This document shows, piece after piece, positions 37,417 through 52,400 of a stretch of DNA of 64,000 nucleotides. The notes beneath the pieces are model-generated. The model saw only the letters and a list, made by a program, of their open reading frames with translations, did no database searches and was not told the origin of the DNA. The stretch's first letter is position 1. Each line of letters opens with the position of its first letter. Source of the stretch: Marsupella aquatica (lineage: Eukaryota; Plantae; Marchantiophyta); contig OZ316898.1 in NCBI GenBank assembly GCA_973895155.1, positions 2,393,927 to 2,457,926 of the forward strand. The letters run 5' to 3'. The position numbers were made by a program, and so were the translations under genes.

Positions 37417-39276
37417 CCCGACTCATTTAGCTCCTTTTTTTCTCTTTAGACTTTGCTCGCCATCCCCACGTGCACAACAGAATATGCTTTTGATGCTCCT
37501 TTTCACTTACAATCTTTCATGTCAACCAAGTACCATATCAACAACATACACTTCATGCATCACTCTTGAGCGGAGTGAGGGCTCTAAGCAGACAATACAG
37601 TTGTTAGCTCGTCCATCTATGTCCAGGGAGAAGCAAAGGGTGGTAGGGGAAACGGCCGAGTGAAGTGAAATATCCCCTGCAAGACCATATGATGACAAGG
37701 AAAATGACCAGATGACAGAGATAATGGCGGGATGACACAAATGTCCAAATGAAAGCACATACATTTTGTACCACATATAACACACCAGTGTACATATGGG
37801 GCAGGACCACTTTGCCCGGGAGGGTGAAGCCAGCAGGGGTAGCAACTGCCATGGAACCACTCAAAGCTCCTGTAATTGTGACGACTCCAAAACTCACACT
37901 CCAAAGACTGGGTTCTATGCATCCGGAACTGCCTGGCAGTGTGACACCTCAACTTCCCACATTGGAAAACAAGTTCCATGGCAGACCCAGTTCCTCTAGA
38001 TGCCCCCAAAGCCATTCCAAAATAAACAAAGCCCAGATGCCACACACCAAGGATAAGCGATTGTTAAAATGTAATGATTTTTCGACAGTTCGTTGAAAGT
38101 AATTGTCCCAAATCTGACTCATGTCTTTAAGGGAAACTGGTGGCTTGGATGGACCATCGGTTTTGACCTAAGGATTCCAATGAAGCAAGAATTAATTTTT
38201 TGACACCCAAAAAAGTATTCAGTCATACAAGGAAACATGTTATCTGATTAAAATAATGTTTCAGAAATTCCATGATGGTTACCAGCAATCGATCTGTGCA
38301 TTTTGTCCGTCAGTCTTCGGAGCTTTAGTTTTGTCAATATGGAGCACAATGCTTCACATTGTTTCTATATCGCCATGACTCTGCAGAGATCCCCACTCTG
38401 AAGACGATCATTCTGCTGCCTTCATTTTGAGTTCGCTCCTCCACAGAGCTCTGTGAATTCTGTAAACACACACTTGTTACAACAGTCGCTTGCTCTGGAT
38501 TCAGTCCGGAATCCCTCACCCTATCCCTTCCTGATGAACACATTATATCTTGTCTGAACAGGCTCGACGATGAGCACGCATGAGATGCAGGAACGAAGAG
38601 TCTGAATTCTGCAGTAATTGTTCTTTGTCCTCAGGTTCTGCATTGCATTGTCTTCATGAGTGGAAGCGTTCGACGAGGACTTTCAATACCTTACGTAGTC
38701 TCTCTTCCCACTCTTTTCTCTGGATCTAGTATGAGTTGAATCAATGTTTGGAGTTTTGTCATCTTTTGGCCAATGAATGTACCCGTTACGTCCGGTGAAT
38801 CGGAAGAAGGGCAAAAAGCACAGAGGCGTGCCAGAGGAGAACTGATAGAGAACACTTCCAACTCTTTTACTTTTTGCTATTGTCAGGTACTCCTTTCTCT
38901 GTGATGAGAGTAGTTTCGGCTTCGTCCACGGTTTCAGGTTCTCCCGGATTGCACTGAATTCAAGAAAAGAGCAAGAAGAAGTCATCTGACGAAAATTTGA
39001 AAATTCCTCTTCTGGTTTTTGTCCCTATAAGAAGGGAGAGGAAATTCCTGTTTCTGGCTTCTCGGAATTGGGAATGAACCCACATGAGAACGGGAACGAG
39101 CAATCTGTTGTTGTTCAGTAGTCCATACTCTGGAGTCCCCAGAAATCAATGTGTAGGTCATCGTCTGGACCTAGAGGATTACTGCTGGGCTACAAAGACA
39201 GAAAAGACAAGACGATCAAGAACGCGATGAAAAAAATGCCATTAGTAACATTGGAATTGAACCGGAGTGGGTGGAC

Positions 39277-42200
39277 ATGGATGTAGAGAGGCACACGCGT
39301 GGGAGGGCCATCAAGACGTCGTTTGCTTTGGGAGTGTTTTTCACTCTCTCATTGCTGTGGTTGGACAACCTCAGCACTCGACGGCTTGCTTCTTCTTCTT
39401 ATCATTCGGCTCCAGCTTGCGAAAATCACATGTCATCAGATCAAGGTGATTATTGGGAACATTTTCACTTTTTGCTCTCTGTTGCCGCACTCAAGTTTTT
39501 AATCAGCTAGTTGGACATTTGTTTAAGCTGAAGCTTCTTTTCTGATGGGATTTGTAATTGTAGGTTGATTCTAACATTACATCATTCGCTGGCGTCAAAT
39601 GGATTATGTCATTCATTTCCCTCGAATTGTGACAGGAAGTAGCATGAATAGGAAGAGATCGGAGATTTACCAAAAAATGGCAACAGACTTGGATGTAAAT
39701 GGAGCTGCCTTTCTGGATGGCGGTGAGACGTCCCAGTCACTGAAGGTGGGATAAGGTCCAAGCTGTCTCAGCGTGTACCACAGGGTTGTATCGTTGGGGT
39801 GTATATTGCCCATTTTTTGTCAAGTCCTGGTGGGTCTAGATAAAATGTACCTTGTGTTCCTACCCCTAGCAGAAATACGTAATGTGATGCACACAGAGTT
39901 CAACTACCTAAATCTCGTCATAGTGCCTCAAGAATGTTCAATTCAAGAAAAGTGGTGTGATAATTGCATTGTGCCAGACAAACTAAGCTCACAAATGTCC
40001 TCTCGGTCCCCATGTTCATAGTGGGGTGTCACCTGGGGCTGATTATTTATCCTTGCCTAGGGCAGAACTGATGTAGTTTTTGGCAGAGGCATTCCGCTAA
40101 ATTGGCTTGGGGACGTCATGGAATGCATCTCAGTTGAATTCCTCTTTTCCAGCTTTTCCCCAAGTAATGTGGGCAGCTCTTCCCCAAGTCGGGCAGTGTA
40201 ATATCTCTCCATTGGACTATTCTAGCAGTTCCCCAACTCTGTAGTGATAGAAATCAGCAGCTCGGGGCCTTCTATTCTGGGTTTGTCTCCTTTTCGGACT
40301 TATCAGGTTTTCGTTATGATTTTCCTTACAGTTTTCTGATCTCTTCACGAGAGTGGACAACAAAATCATTCCAGTGCTCAAGGTATGATGTATCTGCTTG
40401 GACCTTCATAAGTCTCAAGTAGCCGTTGGAGGCTCAAATTCTTGCGCTCCTCAACTTTTTGATAGTGATCGATCCTTGTTTCTGTGTTCCGTAGAGTTCT
40501 GCAATTAAGAATTGTGGTTGACTTTATGTAGTCCTTTCTTCCTTAAAACATTGGCCACACCCCCGAGGATGTGGTGTAGTACAACAAATTGATGAGATTT
40601 TGAATGAATTGGAGCTGCTCGGATGATGGGTATTCTACGTGGCCTGCTGCCATGGATGGGTACTGTAGAGAAAGAATGAATCGCGGAAAATACTATGCCA
40701 ATATCCCAGCCGATGAAGTTTAGAGGAAAACAATTGATAGAACTCTGAGCCATTGTAGACCAATTGGCCATTAAGAAAGAAAGAATTGATTCAACTTGAC
40801 TTTCAAAGTTCTGCGCTTTGTATTGTACTTCCAACATCTAATGTTTGGTTTCATGGTACGCAGCAAGCAAGCCCTGTTGTTCGAGCAAATGTTCTTCACC
40901 TTCAATATGAATATGCCTCAAAAATTGCGTAGGTTTCATCTGACTGCCGCCCTCCTTTTCTTCTCCCCCACCCCTCTTTAGTTGTTTTACCCAGGTTTTT
41001 GTTTTTCATATGAATCCTGTGTGGTAAACATTCTCTATAAAATCGTGAGTTTATGTAATAGAATTTGAGTATGTGAGTTTTGTGCAGGAAGATTGTCGAG
41101 AAAGTGCTCTCCCCTCATTTCTCAGAAGGTAATCATGGATATTAGATTCTTCCAATATCTTTTTCTTCTCTACCAAAGAGTAGAAGTCGTGCCTTGTGGT
41201 TATTTATAATGAGTTTTTTTAGCTTGATGTAGAACCGAAACTGATACGTTTTCTCCGTGGTACCTGCTCTTGGGAAGAAGTGTGGTATCAGGATCCACAA
41301 TTATATCACTTCAGCCTGTTTCACGCCTCTCATCATTTAGAACCTGTTCCAGCGTCTGAAACGGAGGTGTGTTATTACTGGCAAGCGCGCTGAATTTAAC
41401 TTGGGCCGAGTGATTTCACTGATGAAGAGAACATCTAAACCCAGATGTTTGGATCTCACTGAGCTCTTATGATCAAAGTGGAGGAGGCGAAACTTGAATA
41501 TGAACTTGCAGAGAAAATTTTGTTGATTTCAATAACTTTGTGGATATGGCATTTGCAGGTGCAATTGGAATCTGCAGCTGTGTCACCTGTTGCCCAAAGT
41601 TCCTGCGCTTTGGAGATAATATTGGACAGGGTTGTCTTGACATCTACTGGCGTCTTGATGGGCTGCTGGCAGGTAAAATTGTGCATTTTGGTACGTCTAT
41701 CAACTTTCAGGACCCAGACAGTAAAACTGAAAATGACTGGAACGAGGCAAAAATAGCTGTAAATTGGCATCGTGAATATATGACAATTATTGTTCAAGCT
41801 CTTGGTACGTACTGGTTCGATCTTCAACAGTTCACCCTGTTAATGGTGTCTCTAACAGGTGCTCAATGGAACTGATCCTGCGACTATCCGTCAAGAATTA
41901 AGAAAAGTGTTGCCCCGAGCACCCGAGAGACAACTTGTAAGCTTTTCCTCCATATGGACCATCATATCTGACTGTTCGTCCCCACGTTCCTCTGGGTATA
42001 AAATTCGATGTCCTTGGCAGACAGTAACAAATGTCTTTCTGTTTCGAGGTAACATAAGATTTCCTTGAATTCCTTTCTTTTTTTTTCCTTGAATGAGGTA
42101 ACATAAGATTTGACGTTTGCGGTTGATATATCGATGTGTTTGCAGTATGCACCAGAGATACTGCACACCTCATTGGCCCGTTTGATTGGTCCTCGAGACT

Positions 42201-42985
42201 TGTCAAATAAGGTACGACATTTGTTCTGCGCTACTCTTTCAACAGAAATTAGCGGGCCAAGGAGAATTCATCTATCTTCCAAATATTTGTGCCTCGTGTC
42301 GGCTCTGCTCAGGATATGATTGTCGTGTCCCGTCTAACGAAGGAGTGGAAGCGGGATGGGAAATCTTAATGGGGCATTTCTCTTCATGCAACTTTATTTA
42401 CCAGATCCAGACTTTTGCAGGTGAACAGGAGCAAAGAAGAATCCGTTTCATTATTAAAAGAATTAGTCCGGCAGCTGAATGAAGAGTTGTGTAACTTCCA
42501 GGTAAGGTGTCCTTGCACGGCGTCTCTGTTTGCTTTTACGCATCAAGCCCCTTCTTTGCCCTTTCCTTTCTCCTTCTGTGTGTCTGTATGTGGGTGGGGA
42601 AGGGTGGTCGTGGGTGCTTCTATTGGTAGGAGTGCAACCACTGATCTTCCCTTTTCTTTTGTGAGGCACTACCATTCAAAATTCTGGGTTTTATTGCTGC
42701 CAGCATCCTAAAGAGCATAACATTACATGACATTTCACCTATTTGCTAGTCAAAAGGCTACAGTGGATGAAATGGATTTCGAGTAATTATGACTGGGGTA
42801 CACCCTCCGCATTCTACAGACTGTTGAAGTCTAAAAGTATCCTGGAGTCTAAAATTATTATGGGTATGTCAATGCAGGCAACTGTGCGAGAACTCTGGTT
42901 TGTGGAAGAGCTCGATATCCTTGCTCTTGCACTAAAAGGACGCATAAAAGTTAAGCGTCTGCCTCTTCTGTGTAAATTCCCGTGA
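39277..42985 (+). CDS. Conserved plant protein with N-terminal hydrophobic anchor and two HxS motifs (2H-phosphoesterase-like), multi-exon
   Basis: Exon peptides in order: MDVERH...FALGVFFTLSLLW (39277-39445), RKRSEIYQKMATDLD...GETSQSLK, FSDLFTRVDNKIIPVLK (40332-40382), QASPVVRANVLHL, KIVEKVLSPHFSE, VWYQDPQLYHFSLFHASHHL, LDRVVLTSTGVLMGCWQ, GTDPATIRQEL, YAPEILHTSLARLIG, VNRSKEE, ATVRELWFVEELDILALALKG. All are GT-AG bounded. Confidence 0.8.
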
Positions 42986-43495
42986 CTGACCTTCCACATG
43001 TACTAGTAAATTTCACTTCAGGGCGTCGATGGAGGAACATTCGAAAAACATTTGATCGTGGAGAACACATTCTTATACTCGTTTCATTGAAGACGGGACT
43101 AAGGAGTCTGTGTCATCACCGGACTCAACTTCACAAATTTTGCACGTCTTCCTCTTTGGCAGCAGTATATGAAAGGAGACAGGTTCCCAGTTGACAGGAT
43201 AATACAACCACTCGGGGTCCTTTCTTGTCTTCTTCCAGCCTTCTCTACTGGAAAGGGAGAATTGGCTCTTCTTCTGACTCAAGTACTGGGACGACACTTT
43301 TAGATGCGGATATGGACTCACTTCAACTGGAGAATTGCTCTTCTGTGAGGGAAAATATCATCTACGGAGAAAACGTGACAGGGCCATAGTGACACGGAAG
43401 AAAAACGTTTTCACTAGAAAATTCCTCCTCTTGAAGAGAAGGTTGAGTTGAAATAATTTTACACATTTGCCTACTTTGCATCCTAGTGTGATTTC

Positions 43496-46400
43496 CTACT
43501 CGGAGCTCCCCGATGGCTCTCCACTGTATGCTCCACTTCCTCCGGAAGCCACACCACTTACCGCAGAGTTCCCAACAACACGGGCCCTCTGAAGCTGCCT
43601 CAACCGAAAGACATCCCGTGGGGGAGGTCTAGTTTGTGACACTGGCGTATCTTCTTCTTCCTCCGTTCCTGTGGGACCACAAGCAGCAACCAAAAAATTC
43701 AGTGGTGAACAAGTGTGCCTAGCTAGTGGGCACTCAATGTTTCACGATTATAGCTTCAAGTTTGTCACCAAAAGTGGCCATATATGGATGCCCGAGAACT
43801 GCTGAATGTATGTACCTTCCCATTTTCAGGATGGTAAGCTTCAGTTACCAAAAAATGGTCAGACAACTCAGTCAACTGAGTTTAGGGTTGCCTGACTAGG
43901 CCGCAAAACAACGGCACACTGACTTATCCAAGAGGACATGGAGAATACCTTTCAGTTCATTCAATCTAAGGTCAGTCGGACATTAAGATATTGTCACTTC
44001 AAAACAACCACATGAATACGATCTTGCAGTGCTAGATATGACTTACTGTCAGGCTCTTTGCGTTTTTGTTGTTGATGTTGACGAGAGCGTCCAGAACCTC
44101 CACCACCTCTTCTTTCCTCACCAGAATTTGCCTGTTGATTCCCACTCCGGGTAGATCCGTTGGAGCCTGGATGTAGCCGTCCGCCAGAATCTGCTTGAGA
44201 CATTACGCTCCCTGCATTGCCTGCACTGTGCGTGCGCTGGCTTTGCTGGGGTTGTTGTTGAGAGCTATCTGAGGGCATTGGTATCTCTGCCTGCAACAAT
44301 ACAGAAATTACCACTTCTACATCTGGAATAGGGCCTGCATCAAACCCACGAGCCATAATTTAGACATACAGATCGCATTCAGTTAATCTAATCACATAAC
44401 ACATGCATGCAGAATTTCAACAGGTTATGTTTTAATGTAAGCTGATCCTAATCTATCAAATTCATTCTTGGATGTCGGCCGATGCGCACAACAAGCCAGG
44501 GCTAACTGTACCACTGGAATGAACAACCATGTCCGACATTGGGATTCTCCATTTAATAAATTGAAGAGAAAAGTAATCTATCTTCAGGCTTGATATGAGG
44601 ATACCGTTCACAGCTGGTAGGCGGCTGAGAAAATTGCCCACTGATGCTGGCAGCGACTTGAGCACCTCGTCGCTGATCTTTGCTCCCATGCTACCATCAG
44701 GAGGCCGTCCCGGTGGCAGAGGAGGAGGTCCCCCAAGTCGGGGTGGTAAGCCTCCAGGAGGACCAGGAGGACGCATTTGTAACCCGGGCATTGCAACATT
44801 GCCCATCATTCCTCCCACTGGAAAGCCATATAAAATTCAGATTGCAAAATTCAATCTGCAATAACGGTCGCTTCGTGTAACCTCTATTTAGTCTCCCATC
44901 CCAAATATTGCAACAAAAAACTTCCTCCAGCATTCCCTAGTTTACTATTCCTTAACAATACCCAGATTAAAGTACATTTCAACAGTTGCAGCTCAGTTTC
45001 AAAAGTTCATAACATTGGTGACATCTCTGTTGACGCGTTTTCTTTTAATTGCATTTGGCAAGAAATATTATCTCGTTGCTAAGTAATGCACACAAGTCCC
45101 ATCAGTTGCTACATTGGAGCTGGAAGGAATGTTATCCTGTTCTAGACAGACATATACTTTGCAAACTAAGTGATGATAGGCTGTGGTACTTGCAAATATT
45201 CAAAGTCATTCCGAAAATTACCAAATCCCTGTCTGGGGTCATAAACCACCATGTGAGATATATCTGGCCGAACAATATTTGTAGGCACGTGCATGGCTGC
45301 TGCCCCGGATCCTCCACTCCCAGCAGTGGAAGGGGGTTGAGATCTCTCTGGAGACAAGCAAGCACATGGAAGAAGTTAACCCTGAAGGACGGTTAGATAG
45401 CTGCAAGGACGTACGAGTTGAAAAGCACCCAAAAGTAACCTGAATTTAACATGAGATCCACAGCGAAGAAAGGGGAAAATGAAGTGATGCACTTAGGTAT
45501 CTGAAGAACCGCAAGTAGAACGTCTTTGTACAGCTTCAAAAGCCGCAATAGCAATACCATGCTACCATTCGTTTGCACTAACGATTTATGAAAAGGACCA
45601 CGAAAATACTACCCCAAACTTTCCGCGTTCAGTAAGATTACTAAATTATACACCTAATGAAACGGCCACTGACATTATTTCAGTAAAATGATCTAGTCGT
45701 CACATAAATGTTTCATATCTGAACGATTGTAAGAGTAAAATTAACCTCAATGAGTGAGTTCCTGTAAAACCTTTCAATCAGCCACTGGACCAAAACGATT
45801 CGTGACATGTTAATTCAGATTCTCATTATGTGGGACGTGTCTGGTGGGGCTAATCGCTAACAATGGTAAGGATGCGCAATGAGTGTAGCCATACCTGTGG
45901 AATCTCCGGCCCTAGTACTCGAAGCTGGGTTGAAGGTTGACTTCTCTAACTTTCCAGATGGGTTTTTAGCTATAATCTGTTCAAAATTTAGGTCAAGAAT
46001 CAGACCAAACGTTGATCAAGGAAAAGGTATAGGAAAGCAACACTACCCAGCCTGAATGCCAAAGATTCAAGCAAGTAAATGTCAACAGGTGCAATCCTTG
46101 AAAATGTAGCTATCTAGCAATTACCTGCTGCCGTGCTAAGTGGTCAAGATCGGTTGATGAGCAAGGCCAGAGATCAAGGAAATGATATCTCGCAATCAAC
46201 TGTTGTAAAGATCCCTCCAGAACATTTGAGCCAATATCTCCATCTTGAGAAAGTGCCTCCTTTCTTCTCTGCTCCACCTGTCATTCCAGTCTGTGATACT
46301 TAGATCCGCGCAGAACGCCTATTTGATGGTGAACTAAGTCGTCGATTGGCATTTGACGCAGCACCGACGGTCTACTCCAGGTTTTTGTAATTTGCGTAAG

Positions 46401-49400
46401 CAACACTCGACCGACAATCAAACCCTCGTGATATCGAGGTTACTGGTTGTTTCCCGGTAAAAGATTGTATCATGAATTTCTGAGGTGGAAAGTCCACAAA
46501 ATTCGACGGCTACATCCCAAACATGTAAGTTCACAACCTGAGAGAGTCGCGACCAGCTACTATACCTTCAACATACTTTGTAGGTCCCCGTAAGTCTGTT
46601 CAAATTGAATAAAGCGGCCCCAAACCTGAAGCACATGGGAGATAGGAATCAGCGTTGCACAGTTCTAGTACAGTATTTTCAATCCTCCACCTGAATGGAG
46701 TAAGTACAGATCAAACATCATTCAAAATTCAGAGAGATCGAGAGACGAAAAATAAGTCAAGGTTATCGCAACTTCATGACAAGAGGATCTCTACCAAAAC
46801 ATTAAGCAACTTCCAAGATACCCAAAGGAAACGAAAGACTAACCTCGCCCGACTCTTCAGCAGGGAGAACAGGCAAGGCTCGTTCAAATAAGACACGAAC
46901 ATTGCGGTCGTCATTCAAGCGGCACAGAAAATCTGCATACCTGTGAGGATAACAGCCAGAATTTACACTGAGTAAAAGGAATCGTTCACTTCTTCTCCTT
47001 CATGTGACAAAAGTTTCTGTGTTGACTATATTCCAGTCCAAATTTTTGAGTGACCTTGCTCTCTAGATCAGGTTGAGCGATCCTAAACCCGGAATGTTTA
47101 TGAACCAGGCGCACAGTGATAGTAGAGAGCGGAATTTCAACTACCGTTTAGTTGTTTGTCTAGGTAGAAGAAGAAACTGGTCTCCAAATGCTTGCCTTAC
47201 AAATTCAACCAAAAGCAAACATTCAGAAAATTGAATGACTGGAATGAGTTGTCTTATGGTCTGGCCACTCACTCGAGGACATATGATGGTTCATGAATAT
47301 ATTTCTTCAGGCCCAATTCAAAGATATTTCGGGCCACCTGCAGTAAGCAATGATGGACAATAAGCGAATGACCAAAATTGGTGACCCTAACTAACATTCC
47401 GCCATTCGAATCACTATGAAGGGACAATAGATCCCAATAAACAGAAATTTGATTTTGTTCAGCGTTTTGAACTCCCAGGTACCTTGTGTGTAACTAATAC
47501 AGTCGCAATATTGCGCATCTGTTGAGGACCCTTACCTTGGGATCCTTGTCAATACACAGCTCCATTGTGGCCGAAGCCACATACACGTGGTACGTACAAC
47601 CAGGAGCTTTACGTGCTTCCAGGAACACCTTACGGGCGGCGTCTACGCCCTCAGTTCTTCTTATGAATCGCATGTACTGCTAGCACAAGAAAAATTATTA
47701 AAAAACGAGGTAGAGATGACAGTCGGGAATCATCCTAACAAACAATAAATCCTATCCTTAGAAATTCATGCTGCCTTTACGGGCCGAATCAACGGGTTTA
47801 CAAAAGCAGACCACTTCACTAAACCATGAGCGAGATGAATAAAAGTTACATCGAATCTATTGAGACAATACCTGAATATATGCCAGGGCATTGGCAGTAG
47901 CGTCATTTCTCAGCATTGTCTCATACACAGCTTTGGCTTCCTGTCAACCAAAGGAAGCCAACGATCTATCCCTTGTGTTAGAGTCTGATCTAAGGTTTCA
48001 AAATTCTAGATTTGGAAAAATAACTAAGTGATAAACCTTATGACATCACAGATCGGTTGCCGAAACACATAATGCCAACCCAACTACACTTCAGAAAATA
48101 AAAACCATACATTCTTAACCCAGGAGGTTACTATCCCATAGGAAACCAGAGTTGGATTCCAAGAGACCAGTCAGACAAGATGAACAGCACTCATACCTCA
48201 ATGCTGCCACGAGCCTCTTCAAATTCTGCGTAAGCGTAGTGTAGCACTGAAATATCTGCACCCACCATTGAGAAATTAGACACTGGATCTATAGAAAAGA
48301 GTACAAATCATCAATCGTAAGGGATTGCAATCTTGGACCTAACAGTTGCACATTGCATCAAGTCCTGAGGATGCTGCTTTACCGGAACATTACCTAGGCA
48401 AAAGGCACCAGAAGCCAATATGCAATCTTGTGATGAAATTCATGAGATTATCACCATTCTTTCAGGAATCTGTCATCTGCCTGACTTGGAACCTATCTTA
48501 CTAGATGCAGTGAATTCCACAGACAAAAATCAACGTAAATTTTGAGAAGCTACAGGGGAGCAAGAGCACAGACTGAATTTACGAACCTGGCAAGGCTTTC
48601 AGAGCTCTGTTGAAGACATCAACGGCTGCTTTAGGTGAACCGTTCTCAGCATGCCAAGTGGCAAAATCATACCATATGTCTGGATAATGATACAAATACA
48701 TAAGGCACTACAAGTGTGCACCATTTGACCACATGAGTAAGCTTGTCCAAAACGGCATTTTGCGACAAAGGAAACCACCTGAGGCCAACCATGGCCGATT
48801 ACATCACATGTTAAACTTCAGATACAGCAATCCACACAACACATTCCCCACCTATCCATAATCTCCTCTAGCGAATTAACACGAGCAGACCAAAATCCAT
48901 TGTCCCAAAAAGCAACTCTAGAGAGACACGGTTCTTAAGTAAAAGGGCCATCATGTCTTCTACTTTAAAGACTTCTTACAAAAACGGGGAAGTACAAAGA
49001 AAACAAAAAACACAGTCTAAAGAACAGTCACCTGCTCGTAGGTGAAAGCAACACGCTCAGTCAAAGCACCTGCATCCAGACGCTGTGGATTCCCTCTGCC
49101 AATGACGGTAGGTATATCAAAACCTGACAGTAAATAAATAAAGGGGCTCCACAGAATTGATAAGCACAAATAAACCCGTAGGACAAACCTTAAATTATGA
49201 AAAGACAACTGCGAAAACTTTATTCAATGATTTGTCTGGACCATGGGTACGATGTATTCCAAAGTGACGATAGAAATGTACGAGATTAGTCTCCACTTCA
49301 TCGACGACTCTTGCATAATAAAGGAACATAGTCACAAATAATAAAGGAGCATAGTCACAACAACACAGAACTCATCTGACCTCTAAAGGAAGACAAAGGA

Positions 49401-52400
49401 ATCGGACATCCAAAGCACAGGACTGATGACAACAACTCCATTTACAATTTCAAAACTGTAGTCGTGTCATATCAACACTTACTTCTCAAAAGCTAATAAT
49501 TGCTTCCAAGCCAAACACTGTTGCTCCTCCTGGAAACACAAAGGCATCAGTAAAAGAAATTCAGCTGTTCGACATGTGCAACACAAATATTTATTTCCTA
49601 CATGTAAAGTATCACTTTCAGAGCTGGCAACAAATGCTTCTACAAATGCTGTAGTAGCTTCAAAGAAATGCAAAGAACAGTGATTACTTTCAGTGAGCCT
49701 GTTGGTGGTGCGGCTAGCAAGGTATGATCTATGCGTTCACAATGTTTTTTCCGCTCCCTGTAAACTGCCCTTGCACTGAAATGTTTCGGTTGATATTCTG
49801 TCAACAGCCCCTTCGCCTGAACCACAGCCAGTGACGAACAAATAGACTGACCTTTCATCACCTTATTGGCACAAGAACAGCCACTTACAGTAGATTGCAC
49901 ACACTGAAAGGGGTACTCTAAGTTGCCTAGCACACAGATAGCCATGATGTGTCAATCATGGCAATTTGGATCGTTCAACAGTTAAAGGACACACAGAGGG
50001 CAAAAGAAACAAATCGAACTTCCATGCTAGACTGATGACATCAAAGGGTGTCTCTAACTTGATCATTCATCTATAGCAAGGGACTATAAGGTTGCTTCAT
50101 ATGACAGCAAGTGGAATATAAACTCACCAAAGTACGGCTCACGGAGTTTTCAAAACTTTCGTAATCTTTCCACAACTGCTCAACAAGATGTATTGGAGTA
50201 AGAACAGCCTTTTGATATGCCTTGCGAACTAAAGTCATCCTCTGTGACTCTTCTTGGGGGCTCGCAGCCTGCAATGAATAGGATTCCAATCAAAATGATA
50301 AACTACTATCCATCTAAATGCACGACTTTCAACTGATCTTTCAGACTTCCATCTCAATAGTGACCATGAGGTCAGCAAGCTGAACCACGTGCGGCCCCCA
50401 TCATACCCACGTTGTAAATCCGACACTGCAAATTACCTTCATAAAAACTTGAGGTGACCAAAATGATGGGAGGAGAGACCAATTGACATTAAGTCATGCC
50501 TAGCAATCTACATTGCTGCCATTCAAAGTCAAAATTTTCCATTTCAACACCTTGAAGAATTTGAACTGACAAAATCACACATGATTCTGCTGAAAGAGAG
50601 GACATCTACGCTAGAAGTTATGACATACCGGTGTTGCTTTTAAGTAATTGATGTATTCCATCCATACAGGACCAGATGCTACGTCTTCGCCTGACATAGA
50701 CAGCAAGTAGTAATGTCAGCATCAGAGAATTTGAGGTTGAGGGAATAAAAGGACACCAACAAGATATTGAACAAGATGAATTGTGTACAAATAGATAAGC
50801 CAGAGAAACAACGACTCCGGATAGATGATAGAAAGAATGAGTGTATTTTAAGCATATTGTCTAGGGATATCGTGAATGAAGAGAGATTGACCTGTTGAGA
50901 TTGAAAATACACCGAGGCCAATGAGGGTAAGAGATCAGATGCAAGCAAAGCCTCCCACGACAGTTAAAAACTGAGAAGTCGAGTAGGTGGGCAGCAAACA
51001 AAAAACACTACCTACACAGGGGAGGAAAAGTGTGGGAGACCCACCGAGATGTTTGGGTTCGAGCATGAATTCATAGGCTTTCTTCATCTCCGCACGGCCC
51101 TCAGGACCTCTATTTTCGCTCACTTTCTTCATAAACCGTATGTAGGACCTCCTGTACCTCCATTGAAATGACCAACAAACACATACATGAGGTGAGTGGG
51201 ATGAACATGATTGTCTTTAATTCATTGGAGTGGAACACATTTTCCAGTGAAAGCTGAGTCCGAAACCCACGTACAGCGAAGGAAAAGTTCACTGACCAAA
51301 GATCCACGTTCAGGCAGTTCAATAAGCAACGGCTGAATATTTGCTTGACTGCATCGTCATCATTCGCAGCCATTTGAGCCTCCACGTACATCTTCCAGTA
51401 CCGTGCCTGCAGATATGGAAGCGATATACTATAAGTACCGCTGTGTAGGCATCTGCAGCTCTCCATGCGACCCAGAAAAAGGTCGTGTCAAACAAAAGAA
51501 AAACCTTGGACAAATTGTCCAAATGCAAACTCATCGGAAGGAAAAGGTCGTTAAGAAAATATCTGGTAAGGATTCCTACTGCGCTGGGAAATGTTGCAAG
51601 TAGTTGCTCGAACATTGGTGCAGCCTCGCCGATAGGCCTTGACTGTCACTCACAAGAATAATCAATAAATCAAACCAAAAACAGTGACACATAGAATAAG
51701 CGTAACATGAGAGCACACTTCTAGATATGTATTGATTGTGGTAGCAAATCGAGCCATCATTCAACACAGCTAACGCTCTCCTAAAAATGTGACCAATTTC
51801 AATCGAATAAAAGAGAAACTTCTGCTCAATTCGAAAAATCACCCTCCCAACACGTACTTGAGCATCATTCGCAATGGCGGTCCACGCCTCCACATCGTAG
51901 CGCGCCACATTGATCGGCTCCTTCGCCTGCCACATGACTCCATCCTCCCTTTCAGACACTCTCCAAAGTCTCCTCTTTGCAAATATTCCATCCTTCCTCT
52001 CTCGCCAAATCCATTAATTCCTTCCACCAAAGACCAGCAAATGCAAATTCTTCCTCCCCACCTAGTTTCTGGACTTAGTGCAGAACAGGGGGCCCGAATC
52101 TCAATCTATTCGTCCACAGTGATCACAAAATCAGAAAGAGAAGATTTATGAGAGAAATTGAGGTCCAGCAGGTAGTATTATTGTCCTTCATTTTCCCGAG
52201 CTAGTTAGGGCTCTAAAGGAAGGGTTTAGGGTATGTAATCAATCTTCTTCTTCATTCAGTGTGGAGGAGAGGAGAGACACACGCCGAGCGCTCTGCCACT
52301 CACGAAAAGGTCGAAATTCGACAAAGGAGACGTGTTCTAGTCTGGTGCCTTCTGAGATAGTCAATCAATGCTGACGAAACAAATGACAAAGGAAAGAAGA

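Noticed and set aside
35560-38100. Possible TE remnants or small genes between the SSB and 2H-like genes
   Set aside because: No consistent domain, splice pattern or terminal repeats identifiable by eye.
52222-52231. Telomere-like GGGTTTAGGG
   Set aside because: Only one or two units, i.e. an ordinary telo-box rather than an interstitial telomere array.
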